Numbered from the stretch's first letter, positions 32,306 through 43,162 are shown. The stretch is 64,000 bases of DNA from a virus (IMGVR_UViG_3300028888_000054), one strand, 5' to 3'. Notes: generated by a model from the letters alone, not told the origin. Program-made: numbers and translations.

Positions 32306-32755
32306 TTATGTTATTACCTCATCTATACTTTGGAAAATTGGGCAATTCTTTATACCGCCAGAATCATAATGCTTTTTCTTTTCTACGCAATATAAAAAAT
32401 CACCTTCTTTTTTACATTTGTTGCAATATACACAACCCTTAAATGGTGGTAAATAAAATTCACAATTGATAATTATTGAAGAGCTATCAAATTGTCCAAA
32501 ATTATTTGTATAAATCATTACGATTTTGTCTTCATATTCTACTCTTTTTTGGAAAGAACTGCTGCTCAAAAGCTCTTTATCTATAAGTTTTTCTAGTTTT
32601 CGTTTTAAACAAAATCTTTGATCATAAGCATATTTTAAATACTTTTTATTTGTTGTTTTAAATGAAAAAACTTGCTCAACTATATCTTCTTTTAGGTTAT
32701 ATGTTATACTTACAAAAAATGGTATTTTCTTTGCTATTTTTAATTTTGTTGCCAT
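32306..32755 (-). CDS. hypothetical protein with C-terminal Cys cluster
   Basis: Start MATKL 6 nt after TATAAT; CVYC..C...C...C. Confidence 0.55.
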   Translation of the reverse strand: MATKLKIAKKIPFFVSITYNLKEDIVEQVFSFKTTNKKYLKYAYDQRFCLKRKLEKLIDKELLSSSSFQKRVEYEDKIVMIYTNNFGQFDSSSIIINCEFYLPPFKGCVYCNKCKKEGDFLYCVEKKKHYDSGGIKNCPIFQSIDEVIT

Positions 32756-32789
32756 AACTCTATTATACACATATTTAAAAAAAAGTCAA

Positions 32790-32816
32790 TAAAAAAGGCT
32801 ACCATTTCTGGTAGCC
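32790..32816 (-). terminator. intrinsic terminator directly followed by a TTGACT -35 box
   Basis: GGCTACCA-GAAA-TGGTAGCC-TTTTTT-A-TTGACT; nearly the same stem occurs at 48620-48649. Confidence 0.8.
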
Positions 32817-32993
32817 CAAGAGGTAAAATATGACAATCTTAAAGATAGTCTGGGCGATGCTCACCCACAACTTCTTTTCCAAATGTTTCATTTTGATACT
32901 GCTGATCGTAATTTCTAAATATATTTAAAAGACTTTCAAGCAGTTCGTTTGTCTTTTTTTGTTCTTGTATTAGAACTTTTAATAACTCTTCCA

Positions 32994-33293
32994 TTAAGAA
33001 TCCTCTTCTACGTCTACTTCCTCTTCGGAATCCTCTTCAGCGTCACCACTTCTAATGTTTTCCATTGCTGCCCAAATGTCTTCTTCCTCTTCAGCAGCTC
33101 CATTATAGTATTTTTGCATAAGTTTGAAAAGTTTTCCAACTTGACCAATTTTACAATCAAGAATGTCTTTTACGGATTCTTTGGCTGCTTTCTCAGCTTC
33201 TGCAAGTTCTTTCTTTTCGTCTTGAAGCTCCAACCAAGCACTAAACTGTGCCTTTACTTTTTTCTTATCTTCTGCGCTTAAATTATAATTCAT
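32994..33293 (-). CDS. possible DsbA-like dsDNA-binding protein
   Basis: Size, helical pattern and position near RNase H as in T4. Confidence 0.4.
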   Translation of the reverse strand: MNYNLSAEDKKKVKAQFSAWLELQDEKKELAEAEKAAKESVKDILDCKIGQVGKLFKLMQKYYNGAAEEEEDIWAAMENIRSGDAEEDSEEEVDVEEDS

Positions 33294-33599
33294 TATTTAC
33301 CCTCTTTTGTTTTATTTTCTTTACACTTATCCATCTGCTGACGCATATAAGCAGCATACTGCTGAATTGCTTGCTGCATCATTACAGAGCCAGTTTCATC
33401 CTGATAAAGGCGATTTTGAGCAAGTTTTTTTACAGGATTAAAAAGCTGTAAGTGTCCATCGCTACAAGCAACTAATCCAGTTTCAGACTCTCTTCTCATT
33501 TTCTTTAGCATTTTTCCGCTAATTTCATCTCTTCTTCTTTCTCTCTTTTCTCTACTTTTTCTTCCCATATTTTTATTTTACTCCTATTTGTATTTTTTG

Positions 33600-34547
33600 T
33601 CAATCATTAAGTAAAGCCATAATTTCATCTTCAGCAGAAATTTCGTTGTCGCCATTAAGCATCATACTTATTTCACCCGAAACTGAAGCCCATTCATCCA
33701 AACATTTTCTAAGCGCGTGTTCAAAGAAAAAAGCTTCAACACCCTGCGAATTAAATTCGTGATAATCTTCCTTTTCAAATTCTTCTATTATTTTATCGTG
33801 ATATTCTTTTGGGTATCTACGCAAATCAACAATGTCAAGAATTGTTTCATAAAGTGTTGCATTATCACCCTTTCCCATAATTTTAGCCCATTCTGTTTTA
33901 TCTGTCAACATCTTTTCGAATGTTTTTCCGCCAACTCTTGGCAAACCTTTAATGTTATCAGAGGTATCGCCAACAATAGCTTTTTCAACAATAATGTTTT
34001 TATTATAATTTTCAGCAGTTGTAACTGCCACACATTTTGAGTTAGTTTGGCTCATTGGATTATAAACAGAAACACCGTCAAAGAAACCACAAATCTGCGT
34101 AAGGTCTTTATCTGACGAAACAATATTAACCTGCTCATCTTTAGAAGTAAAATACTCAGTGAGTTTATAGATTACATCATCACCTTCGCAATTTTCTACT
34201 TCCATTACTTTACAATGAAAGTTTTTAAGTAAATCTTTATAATCATTTATAAGCGGCCCAACTAAAGCATAGTTAGGATCTTCTTTTGAAGCCGCTCTGT
34301 TCTCCTTATAAAGCGGATACTTTTGTTTTCTCCAAGCAGTAGAATGCTTACCTTCAAAACAAAAAATCAAATCTTTATAGGCGGTTAAATAATCTTTTGA
34401 TTTCTTAAATAACATATGATAGAAAAGCCCCAAATCTTCTTTTTTTATTACATAATTAAGATCGTGGTTTTTTTCCTGCATCATTCTTTTAAACGCGCCC
34501 CAAGTTATAAAAAATAGGTTACTACCATCAACTAAACATACTTGCAT
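33600..34547 (-). CDS. rnh: T4 RNase H-like 5'-3' exonuclease/flap endonuclease
   Basis: LVDGSN, WRK..YPLYKENR, EGDD, SSDKDL.Q, GDTSDNIKG. Confidence 0.92.
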   Translation of the reverse strand: MQVCLVDGSNLFFITWGAFKRMMQEKNHDLNYVIKKEDLGLFYHMLFKKSKDYLTAYKDLIFCFEGKHSTAWRKQKYPLYKENRAASKEDPNYALVGPLINDYKDLLKNFHCKVMEVENCEGDDVIYKLTEYFTSKDEQVNIVSSDKDLTQICGFFDGVSVYNPMSQTNSKCVAVTTAENYNKNIIVEKAIVGDTSDNIKGLPRVGGKTFEKMLTDKTEWAKIMGKGDNATLYETILDIVDLRRYPKEYHDKIIEEFEKEDYHEFNSQGVEAFFFEHALRKCLDEWASVSGEISMMLNGDNEISAEDEIMALLND

Positions 34548-36253
34548 TATACCTCCATAAAATCATCTTCTAGTTTTTCTTTTATTTTATCTAAAAGTTT
34601 TTCATATTTTTTTATTATAGATTGTTCTTTATTAAAGTCAATAAGCATACCGTTCTTTTTTGCAAACTCCATAAAAGATTTAGAAAAACAATACACGCAT
34701 AAATCAATACTGTCTTCCGCATAAGAATTTACAACTCTATTGCTTAAAATTGGATTATTTAACACATCGGCGATTTTTCTTCCGTTAAGAAAAACAAAAA
34801 AAAGTTTAACTCTCTCAATCAAATCTTTATAAAACGTATCTTTTATTTTAATACTTTCAACTTTATTTCTTTCATAAGCTTTCCAAGCTGCGCTAGAAAC
34901 AATTTGCGGCGGATACGGAAAATCTACATTATAGTCAATACTATATTTTACACTTAGATCTATAAATTTTTTATAATTAAAGCTCTCATCTAGTTTATGC
35001 TCTTCTATAAGTTTTTTAAAATACTTTAAATTTTTTGGTAAAAATTTATTTTCATATTGCCAGCCGAATAATTTTTTTATTTCATCTTCGTGAAGCACGA
35101 CATCTGGGTCTATATGCCTTTTGATATAATAATTAAAAAAATAATAACTACTTATCTTGTAAGCTAAGTCTTCCATTTTTCACATCCTCTTCTATAAGCT
35201 TTTTATGCGCATTATATATTTTTTCGATTTCTTTCCAATTTACTGTTTTGGCAAAATGTTTTGTAAAGCACAAAATGTTAGGATTTTCATTCCCATTCAT
35301 TGGCCCAACCCCGCACTGTTCAAACTGACGAAAATTGGCGGCCCAATCGTATGTTTTTCTTAATTTTTCGTCAATACCCATAACTGGGCAAGTTTCACAA
35401 TTATCACATTTACTCATATAATAAATTATATAATTATATAATTTATTGTCAATAAAAAAAGCGGTGCATTTCTACACCGCCAAGGATATATATAAACAAA
35501 ATGGTGTTATAAGGTAAACGAATTAGCTACCGTTCATTTACCGCCATTAAGAGCTCTACTGGTTTGCTGTTTGTCCAACGCCAGGCTGGCTTGCCATCTG
35601 ACCAGTTGCCATTTGTTGCTGAGGCTGTTGAACTTGCTGAGGCTGCTGAGCCTGTTGAATTTGCTGAGCCTGTTGAGCCTGCATTGCTTCTGTTTGTTTT
35701 TGTTTTAATTGCTGAGCAACTAATTGCTGAAATGACTGAAATGGCTTCAATAAATCTGGGTTATTTTTTAAGCTCATTGCAGTTTGCTCGTTTTGCTTGT
35801 TTAATTTGTCTAAGTTTTGAATTTCTTTTGCTATAAGTGTTGGATCCAAAGCTTCATTTACCAATTGTTTCAATGTCATATTATATCTCTCCATATCCTA
35901 GCTGGACCCGTAAGTCCAAAAGCATTTAGTATATTTTTTGCTTCCGCAGAAGTTAAAAATCTTTCATCTTCAATTATCTTTTCTTCGTTGTTTTCATCGT
36001 TTTCAATTACATCTTTGTCGGTTCCGTCATATTCTGAATCATCCTTTTCTAACTCTGGGCTTGGTTCTGACTCAACAATTGGTTCTTCAATAATTCTGTC
36101 TTCTGGAAGTTTGTCAAAGTCAAAATCATCAAACTCGTAAAAACACTCGTTCCCCTCGCTATCTATACAGCGAATCAAACCGTCATCTGTTTTAGATAAC
36201 GGTGTTACAAGAGAACCATTTAATAAATCTGACAATTCGTTATATTTAAACAT
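34547..36253 (-). CDS. hypothetical proteins (34547-35176, 35148-35417, 35556-~35879 Gln-rich, 35876-36253)
   Basis: ORF track; the 35556 ORF has a QQAQQ low-complexity tail. Confidence 0.5.
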
Positions 36254-37406
36254 TGTTTTTTCTATAAATACTTGCTAAAATTTGCATACAGCGTGCCCAC
36301 TCACCCTCTGTCATTATCTTTGGAAACTTATATGTCTTTCCATTAATCTTTATATTAACAGGGCCATAGTTTACACCTTTATAGCTGATCCAGCCGCTAT
36401 TATTTTGAGCTTTTCTATTTTGCTCAGCTTCCCAGCCCGCAGCATCTTTGTAATCTTCTGGGCAAGGTCTTTTTATATATGGAGCAATCAAACCTTTAAT
36501 ATGATCACCTCTAATAACAGCGATATATCTTGTTTCATCTGGTCTATCTTTATAATTAGATTTAAATTTTCTAGAAGTATTTTGAACATCTGTGATTTGA
36601 TGTAATTGTGTTCCTCCATTTCTTTCTACGGATTTAAAAGTAACAAAAGTTTTAGCACCATTGTCTGTTACAAACCAGAAGTCATTACTTTTTGAAAGCT
36701 CGTTAAGGTTAAACCTTCTAGCATCTGAACGATTTACAATTTTGTTTGCTCCGTCGCTTTTTTCTTGATAAACTTCTGGCATATTTTTTACCAAAATATT
36801 GTAATCTTTGGCAGAAACAGTAACGTAATTACCTTGAGCACCATATGTGTTTCTTTCGCCCGTCATTTTTTCAGCTTCTTTGTAGCCTAATTTATTAAGG
36901 TATTCTTTTGTTCTTTTTTCCGTTAATCTCTCTTCTGTATTTTGCTGCCAAGGTTTAATAGCCAAAGACTTAATCATTACTTTCTTCCATCTTTCTGGAA
37001 TTTCTGGTCCTTTTCCATGTATAGCCGCACTAAAATTTCTTAGATCGGCATTTGTAGGATTAAAATCTTTTGAAATGTTTTTGTGTAAAAAATTTTCAAC
37101 ACTCTTTTTAAAGTTTTCGTCGGTACTTGTAATTTTTTCTATATTATCATCTTCTGTCTTTTTTCTCTCAGATTCTAGTTCTTCTTCTGTTTTTTGATGT
37201 ATTAAATCTGATTTTGTGTTATAACGATACAAATCTTTTTTTAAAATTTTAGCCTTTTGAACATCTTCTGGCTTTGCGCCTGCCCTTTCACCTTTTTTTA
37301 TGGCTTTTAAATCTCTTCTATAATTAGCCTCCCTTTCAGGGTCTCTCTTGAGCATTGTTGCTAAATTTACTTCTGATAATATATATTCTACTTCATTAAA
37401 GTCCAT
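36246..37406 (-). CDS. putative restriction-like PD-(D/E)XK nuclease with N-terminal extension
   Basis: SNDFWF...VTFKSVERNGGTQLHQ; directly downstream of an MTase. Confidence 0.4.
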   Translation of the reverse strand: MDFNEVEYILSEVNLATMLKRDPEREANYRRDLKAIKKGERAGAKPEDVQKAKILKKDLYRYNTKSDLIHQKTEEELESERKKTEDDNIEKITSTDENFKKSVENFLHKNISKDFNPTNADLRNFSAAIHGKGPEIPERWKKVMIKSLAIKPWQQNTEERLTEKRTKEYLNKLGYKEAEKMTGERNTYGAQGNYVTVSAKDYNILVKNMPEVYQEKSDGANKIVNRSDARRFNLNELSKSNDFWFVTDNGAKTFVTFKSVERNGGTQLHQITDVQNTSRKFKSNYKDRPDETRYIAVIRGDHIKGLIAPYIKRPCPEDYKDAAGWEAEQNRKAQNNSGWISYKGVNYGPVNIKINGKTYKFPKIMTEGEWARCMQILASIYRKNNV

Positions 37407-37415
37407 GTAATTAAC

Positions 37416-38390
37416 TTATGAGATTTTTAATAACATTGTGCATATTTTATAAACATCATCTAAAGAAATTCGTTTTCTACCATGATCTCTATAATTAGTA
37501 AAAATCAAATCTCCATAAAAGTATCTGTTTCCATCTACAAAAGCATTAAACTCATTTACTAATTTTATTTGTTGTTCTGGGGTTAAATCCTTTTCGCATT
37601 TTAAAGTAGCAAAAATTCTGTCATTCTTTTGCCCCTTATAAACATATCCTGGTTTATATTCTAGGCCAAAATGTTTGGTTCGAGTATCTAAACATCTAAC
37701 GTAAATATTAGTATTTGCTGGCTCGTCACCAATCACGCGCGAAAATATAGATTTAGTTCTTTTAAAGAAATCAAAAATTTCCCCACCAATCCTATAGCCA
37801 TATTTTCCATTTAAGCTGATTGGTATTTTATTACCGTTTCCCCCATTATTAAAAACAACTATACTGTTATCTTCCTGCTTGCCTTTTTTAAAATGAAAAG
37901 AACAAACATTGTAAGTAGTGTTTTTAAATACTTGATATGTAAAATAGTTTACATAATCCACATGATACTGAGAAAAGAATTTTTCTCTTACTTCTCTTGT
38001 TGCTTCGTCTGTAAAAAAATTAAGTGGGATAATTAAAATTCCTTCTTCACAGCCCATTATGCTTAATATAGAAGCTTTATACAAATCATCGGTTTGATAC
38101 TTATCAAAAATTTCTTTAAATTGATCTGTTTTATTTTTTGCCAAATAAGGTGGATTTGTAATTACAACTTTACCTGTATAATCAATTGGATTTAATAAAC
38201 TATCTCTATACTTTACTCTTGGGTCTTTTACATCTATATCGTAAAGTTCCCAATTTGTGTTTGGGGAGTATTCAAAAAGATCGCAAGCGCCCGCAAAAGG
38301 GTCTACTGCCTCTTGCGGGTAAAAATCTATCCCTTGTAAAATTTCTTTATAGTTTTCTGTAAAATGCTGCGTTTTTTTTAAATCACTCAT
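37416..38390 (-). CDS. gamma-class N6-adenine DNA methyltransferase
   Basis: QHFT, VDPFAG, YDID, ITNPPY, DDLYK. Confidence 0.85.
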   Translation of the reverse strand: MSDLKKTQHFTENYKEILQGIDFYPQEAVDPFAGACDLFEYSPNTNWELYDIDVKDPRVKYRDSLLNPIDYTGKVVITNPPYLAKNKTDQFKEIFDKYQTDDLYKASILSIMGCEEGILIIPLNFFTDEATREVREKFFSQYHVDYVNYFTYQVFKNTTYNVCSFHFKKGKQEDNSIVVFNNGGNGNKIPISLNGKYGYRIGGEIFDFFKRTKSIFSRVIGDEPANTNIYVRCLDTRTKHFGLEYKPGYVYKGQKNDRIFATLKCEKDLTPEQQIKLVNEFNAFVDGNRYFYGDLIFTNYRDHGRKRISLDDVYKICTMLLKIS

Positions 38391-38876
38391 TGCTAAACTT
38401 CCTATTTAGAAATGCCTGAACAGCGTTCCAAGAAGTTTCGGCTGGAAAGTGAAGAATTTCTACAATAGAGCATCTTTCGGTAATAATAATTGTTAACCCT
38501 TTTGTTCCTTTTTCATAACCGAAAACGTCAAACTCTGGTGTCATTGTAAATTCTATATAATTGTCTTCATTATTTATTTCTGAGTATGAAACTGTTTCCG
38601 TATTGTAGGCCACATCTTCATCCAATTTATATCCCTGAATTTTAAACTGAGATAAATCAGCAAAACCAATTGTTTCAACATCTACTCCTACCATAATTAT
38701 CTCCTAAAAATGATCTACAAATTCTTGATTTATTTTTTCAAGAAACTCTTCTAAAATCTTATAATCATAAAACTGCAATCTTAGTTCTACTTGTCCAGCG
38801 CCTTCTTCCACTGCAGACAGTATATCAACTTTATCGTCACATTCTTCACTTGTCAGGAAATTTAACGCATCTTTTG

Positions 38877-39347
38877 TCATGGGTGTTCCGCCTCTCCAAA
38901 CACTGGTTTTATGTAATAAATATGATCACTTGGCGCAGCCATAGGTTGCTCACTGATTAAGGGTGGAAGCTTAATTATAGGAATAGTATATTTCTTTAAA
39001 GATTTTTCTTGTTCCTTTTTCTCTTGTTTAAAAACTTCTACATTTCGTTCTTCTTCGAAATCTTCAGCATAACCTTCTTCAAAGTCTTCTACATAGTGCC
39101 CATCATATTCTCTTATAATTTCTTGAACTTCTTGTTCTTGTTGTTCTTCTTTCAAAAAACTATCAGCAACATCTCCAAAAAGAGGGCCCTTTTTTACCAT
39201 TTCTTGATAAGAGTTTTCAAGCATTTGTGCAGTGTTAAATCTTTCTATGTCATTATCAATGTCTTTTGTGAGCCAAGACCATCTTGCCTTTATTTTATCT
39301 ACTTGAGATTGCTGTGCTGTATCTACCTCTCTTTTAGTCATCTCCAA
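38877..39347 (-). CDS. truncated paralog of the major capsid protein N-terminus
   Basis: RWSWLTKDIDNDIERFNTAQMLENSY vs capsid RWSWITEDIEDAETRLNTQLVLENSY; ISEQPMAAPSDHIYYI vs VSVQPIQQPTGVIYYI. Confidence 0.8.
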   Translation of the reverse strand: MEMTKREVDTAQQSQVDKIKARWSWLTKDIDNDIERFNTAQMLENSYQEMVKKGPLFGDVADSFLKEEQQEQEVQEIIREYDGHYVEDFEEGYAEDFEEERNVEVFKQEKKEQEKSLKKYTIPIIKLPPLISEQPMAAPSDHIYYIKPVFGEAEHP

Positions 39348-39774
39348 AATCCTTTACATAGTGCTGCCCTGGATCGAGCTCTTTATCTTCTGGTTCTAGT
39401 GCTTGCGACATAACTGGAGAAGAAGTATAATATACTGGATTTACCCCATACATCCCCGTCTGGGCAGAATTACGGCATGCCCACATAAATGAAGACGCAA
39501 CTTGCGGATCAAAAAAGCGTATTCGAACTTCAGCTGCTTGCATATTAGGGTCGTATCCTGCAGCCTCTATGTTACAACTTTCAAGCATCCATGAGTTTGG
39601 ATTATTTAATAAAACTTCTGCAATATTTTGACTACTGAGCGTCATTGCTTGCTGCTGCACTTGTGCCCTAAGATTAGACATATCTGCTAAATAATCTTGA
39701 TAAACACCGATACTTGACGTAAGTTCTATATTATTTCTTTTTAAAGCTTCTATAACTTTTTGCGAAATCCCCAC
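39334..39774 (-). CDS. hypothetical protein
   Basis: GTG start coupled to the stop of dnaE part 3. Confidence 0.5.
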   Translation of the reverse strand: MGISQKVIEALKRNNIELTSSIGVYQDYLADMSNLRAQVQQQAMTLSSQNIAEVLLNNPNSWMLESCNIEAAGYDPNMQAAEVRIRFFDPQVASSFMWACRNSAQTGMYGVNPVYYTSSPVMSQALEPEDKELDPGQHYVKDFGDD

Positions 39775-41300
39775 TAATTACTCCTTGGCTGGTATCTAAC
39801 AAGCATCGCCCTAATAGTATCTGGATTTGTAACCCAGTTTCTACTTCCAAACAAAATACCACCATTATCATCTGGATAAACTTTCATAAGATAAAAACCC
39901 GTCAAAAGTTTTTCCTTTATATGTTCATAGTATGACGCAAAGCAAGGAATTGTCAACTCCTCTCCGTTGCAATCTTCAGCAGTTATAAAAACCATCATCT
40001 TTCCATTCTTCTGCTGATGACATCTTAAATCTTTTACATGAACAAATACATAAGCAGATGCCTTATCTTCTTCACGAATTTCATTAAAATCTCTTAAACA
40101 CTTATTAAGAGATTTTAATTTTTCAATTTTTGCAACCATATCATCTGAGAATACTCCGTGAAAGAAACTACCACTAAGATAATTCTTTTCCATTTCCATA
40201 TATTCTTCATTTGAGGTCTTACCATCTAAATAATGATCTTCTACACATTTTTCCCAAACTTCTCTAAGTTTGTCTGGATTTTTGCTTGTCTTTTTATCAA
40301 CATAAAATTGCTCTGTGATTTTAAGATACTTTTTTCTTTCACCTTCAGGTATTAAATCATCAAAAGCACCACCACCAATTAAAGCAAGAGTGATTCTCTT
40401 ATTAACCTTAGTTCCAAGAGTTTTAATTATAAAATCAATAATACTCTTATAACCACCTTCTCTATGTTCTATAATGTTCTTTGCTGGTTCTTCACCAACA
40501 CCTTTAATTTCATTAAGCCCAAATCTTATTTCTTTTTCAGAAATTGGAGTAAAGTGAAGATTAGAACTATTTACATCAGGTGGCAAAATTTTAAAACCAT
40601 TTTTTTGAGCAGATTTAATAGAATCTTTTATAACATCATTTTTTGTTGCGTCATATGTTAAAGATGCAGCCCAAAAATATGGTTTAAAATAACGAGACAT
40701 ATAAAGAGTCTCACAAGCAACATAAGTATATGCGGCGGCGTGAGATTTATTAAAAGAATAAGCTGACAAAGTAATAAGATCTGCAGTAAACTCATCAATT
40801 TCCGCAGTTGTTAATTTACTCTTCGCTTCTTCTTTAATTGTATTAACCAATTTATCCCAAGCGTCCAAATCTTCTTGCTTTTTATTTGCCTTACCGAGTT
40901 TCTTCAAAAGTCCACGCGCGTAATTACCCTTTATTTTTCCATTTGAGAGATCTTCTACGAGTTTCATAATCTCCTCTTGGAAGAGGATACAGCCATGAGA
41001 ATCTTTCAAGAATTTAGATATAGGCTCTGGATACTTTGATCCTTCCGTTCCGTTTGCCACGAAGTCGTCAAACGAGAACGAAGAACCTGGTCTCGACAAA
41101 GCATTTAAACAAGTGAGTTCGTCAAAGTTTTGAGGAATTGCTCTCTGAATCATACCAGATGCAGTATTACCTGAAAACTGAAATATATTCGCTTGACTCT
41201 CATTTACTTGTTGGTATAACTGTTTATCTTCATAAGACATTCCATAATATAAAAATTCTTTTAATTCTTGCTTACTGACATTTTCTTGTAAAATTTTCAT
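39774..41300 (-). CDS. dnaE: DNA polymerase III alpha (family C), part 3: fingers, HhH, OB
   Basis: IFQF, LNALSRPG, ILFQEEIM, YSFNKSHAAAY, PPDVN.S, FGLNEIKGVG; ATG at 41300 preceded by AGGGGT. Confidence 0.9.
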   Translation of the reverse strand: MKILQENVSKQELKEFLYYGMSYEDKQLYQQVNESQANIFQFSGNTASGMIQRAIPQNFDELTCLNALSRPGSSFSFDDFVANGTEGSKYPEPISKFLKDSHGCILFQEEIMKLVEDLSNGKIKGNYARGLLKKLGKANKKQEDLDAWDKLVNTIKEEAKSKLTTAEIDEFTADLITLSAYSFNKSHAAAYTYVACETLYMSRYFKPYFWAASLTYDATKNDVIKDSIKSAQKNGFKILPPDVNSSNLHFTPISEKEIRFGLNEIKGVGEEPAKNIIEHREGGYKSIIDFIIKTLGTKVNKRITLALIGGGAFDDLIPEGERKKYLKITEQFYVDKKTSKNPDKLREVWEKCVEDHYLDGKTSNEEYMEMEKNYLSGSFFHGVFSDDMVAKIEKLKSLNKCLRDFNEIREEDKASAYVFVHVKDLRCHQQKNGKMMVFITAEDCNGEELTIPCFASYYEHIKEKLLTGFYLMKVYPDDNGGILFGSRNWVTNPDTIRAMLVRYQPRSN

Positions 41301-41307
41301 GATTAAA

Positions 41308-42180
41308 TTATACCCCTGAAGCTTTATTTTGTAAATATGATTTTGATACAATTTTTACAATCCCATCGTCGTCTTCAATCTTTACAAGCTCTTCATCTAC
41401 AGATTCTACAGCATTTGAAATTACTTCCAAAACTGTAATTGCCAAAAAGTCATACTTAATTACTCCAAGTTCATCCAACTCTGTGTTTCCACCATTTTCT
41501 ACAAACGCAGATGCTACTCCATCCTTTGTATGAACAACTGGAATATATTCCCAAACTGGTTTATCCATAATAAGACATCCACCTGCGTGCTGACCAACCT
41601 GACGCACCTGTCCTATAATTTTTGGAGTAAAGTCCAAATATGCTTTATTTCTCTCGTAAGTTTCATAAAGAACTGGATGATTTTCTGCATACATTTTCAT
41701 ATTTTCTTCAAAGCTCAACTCTTCATCAAGTTCCTTACAGAAATCATTACTCTCTTTAAATGGCACTTCACACTTTCTGAGAATATCCTTAATTGCAGAA
41801 GCTAAACCAACTGTTCCATAAGCCGCTACGCCCATTACTCTTTCGGGGCCATACTTTTCAATAAGCATTTGCTTTGCAGCTTCTTTTGCTTTTGGCTCGA
41901 AGTCTGTATCAATATCCAAACCACCAGAACCGCCACGTTTAATCTGAACAATTTCAAGAGGCTTTGATAAATCTACTTTGTCTGTTTTACCCAAAAAGAA
42001 CGGAAGAACATATCTATCATCGCATCTTTTTTTTGAATTTAAAATTTCATCAGCTATATTTATTTTTTCATCTTCTAATAACCACTTTGCTCTTCTTAGC
42101 TCTTTAAGAGCACGATCTTTATATTCTGGATACTCTTTTATTTTTTGAGCAACTAATTTCTTTAAATCTTCAAAAGTCAT
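41308..42180 (-). CDS. dnaE: DNA polymerase III alpha, part 2: catalytic palm/thumb
   Basis: LDIDTDF, EKYG, RQVGQHAGG, IKYDFL. Confidence 0.9.
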   Translation of the reverse strand: MTFEDLKKLVAQKIKEYPEYKDRALKELRRAKWLLEDEKINIADEILNSKKRCDDRYVLPFFLGKTDKVDLSKPLEIVQIKRGGSGGLDIDTDFEPKAKEAAKQMLIEKYGPERVMGVAAYGTVGLASAIKDILRKCEVPFKESNDFCKELDEELSFEENMKMYAENHPVLYETYERNKAYLDFTPKIIGQVRQVGQHAGGCLIMDKPVWEYIPVVHTKDGVASAFVENGGNTELDELGVIKYDFLAITVLEVISNAVESVDEELVKIEDDDGIVKIVSKSYLQNKASGV

Positions 42181-43124
42181 AAATTTTCCTCTAAAATTTC
42201 TTCTATAATTTTATAATCCCAATAAGGAATTGTCAATAATTTTATTTTTTTATTTTTTGCAAAACACTTTTTTATATCATCTCTTTCTTTTTGCTCTAAC
42301 AGATTTTTATTACCGCCAAAATAATCTATCGGTTTATAATGTTGCACACCTTGATACTCAATTAAAAGATTTTTGGAAGGAATGTAAAAGTCAAATGGTA
42401 ATGGTTTTTGGGCTTTTCCGCAACAATCTTTGAAAATAAATTCTTGATTATAACTTATTCTTTTTGCTTCTAAGTAGACTCTAATTTTTCTTTCACCTTT
42501 ACTTTCTCTGCATTTTGGGCAACTGTTATTCTGGTTTTCAGAAATATGATGCATTGGTGTTTGAAAAAAACTTCCGTGTTTTGGGCAAATAATTTCTATT
42601 TTTGTATGATTATTTATATAATTTACTTTTGAGTAATCATATCTATCACCATGAATTTCTTTTGCTTTTTTAACAAACTCTTCTGTTGTTAATCTTCTTT
42701 TTAAGGATCTATCATCTTGAGCGCATTTTGGACACTTATCTCCGCTTAAATGATTTGTTGGTGTTTGAAAAAAACTTCCATGTTTTGGACAAATAATTTC
42801 TATTTTTGTTTTTGCATTTATATAATTTACTTTTGAATAATCATATTTATCTCCATGAACTTCTTTTGCTTTTTTAACAAACTCTTCTGTTGTTAATCTT
42901 TGCTTTTCCCCTTTTTCTTTAAGTTTTTGTTTTCCACAGTCTGGGCACCCTTGTCCTCTAAAATGCTGTCCAGGAGTCTGTTTAAAAGAACCATGTTTTG
43001 GACAAATAATTTCTATTTTTGTTTGATAATTAACATAATTAACCATTGAATAATCATATTTATCACCATGAACTTCTTTTGCTTTTTTAATAAATTCTTC
43101 TGTTGTTAATTTTTTAGTAGTCAT
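42177..43124 (-). mobile_element. free-standing homing endonuclease (DUF723-type repeats x3) inside the dnaE locus
   Basis: Three LTTEEF.KKAKE.HGD.YDYS...CPKHGSF.QTP..H repeats; LPFDFY...IEYQGVQHY. Confidence 0.82.
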
Positions 43125-43162
43125 ATATTTATCTTGTTACCGATCGAACTTTTATAACAAAT

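Noticed and set aside
41298-41351. Programmed frameshift between dnaE parts 2 and 3, suggested by the 44-nt ORF-track overlap
   Set aside because: An ATG at 41300 with an AGGGGT SD lies 7 nt after the part 2 stop, and there is no clear slippery site; separate initiation is simpler, though not proven
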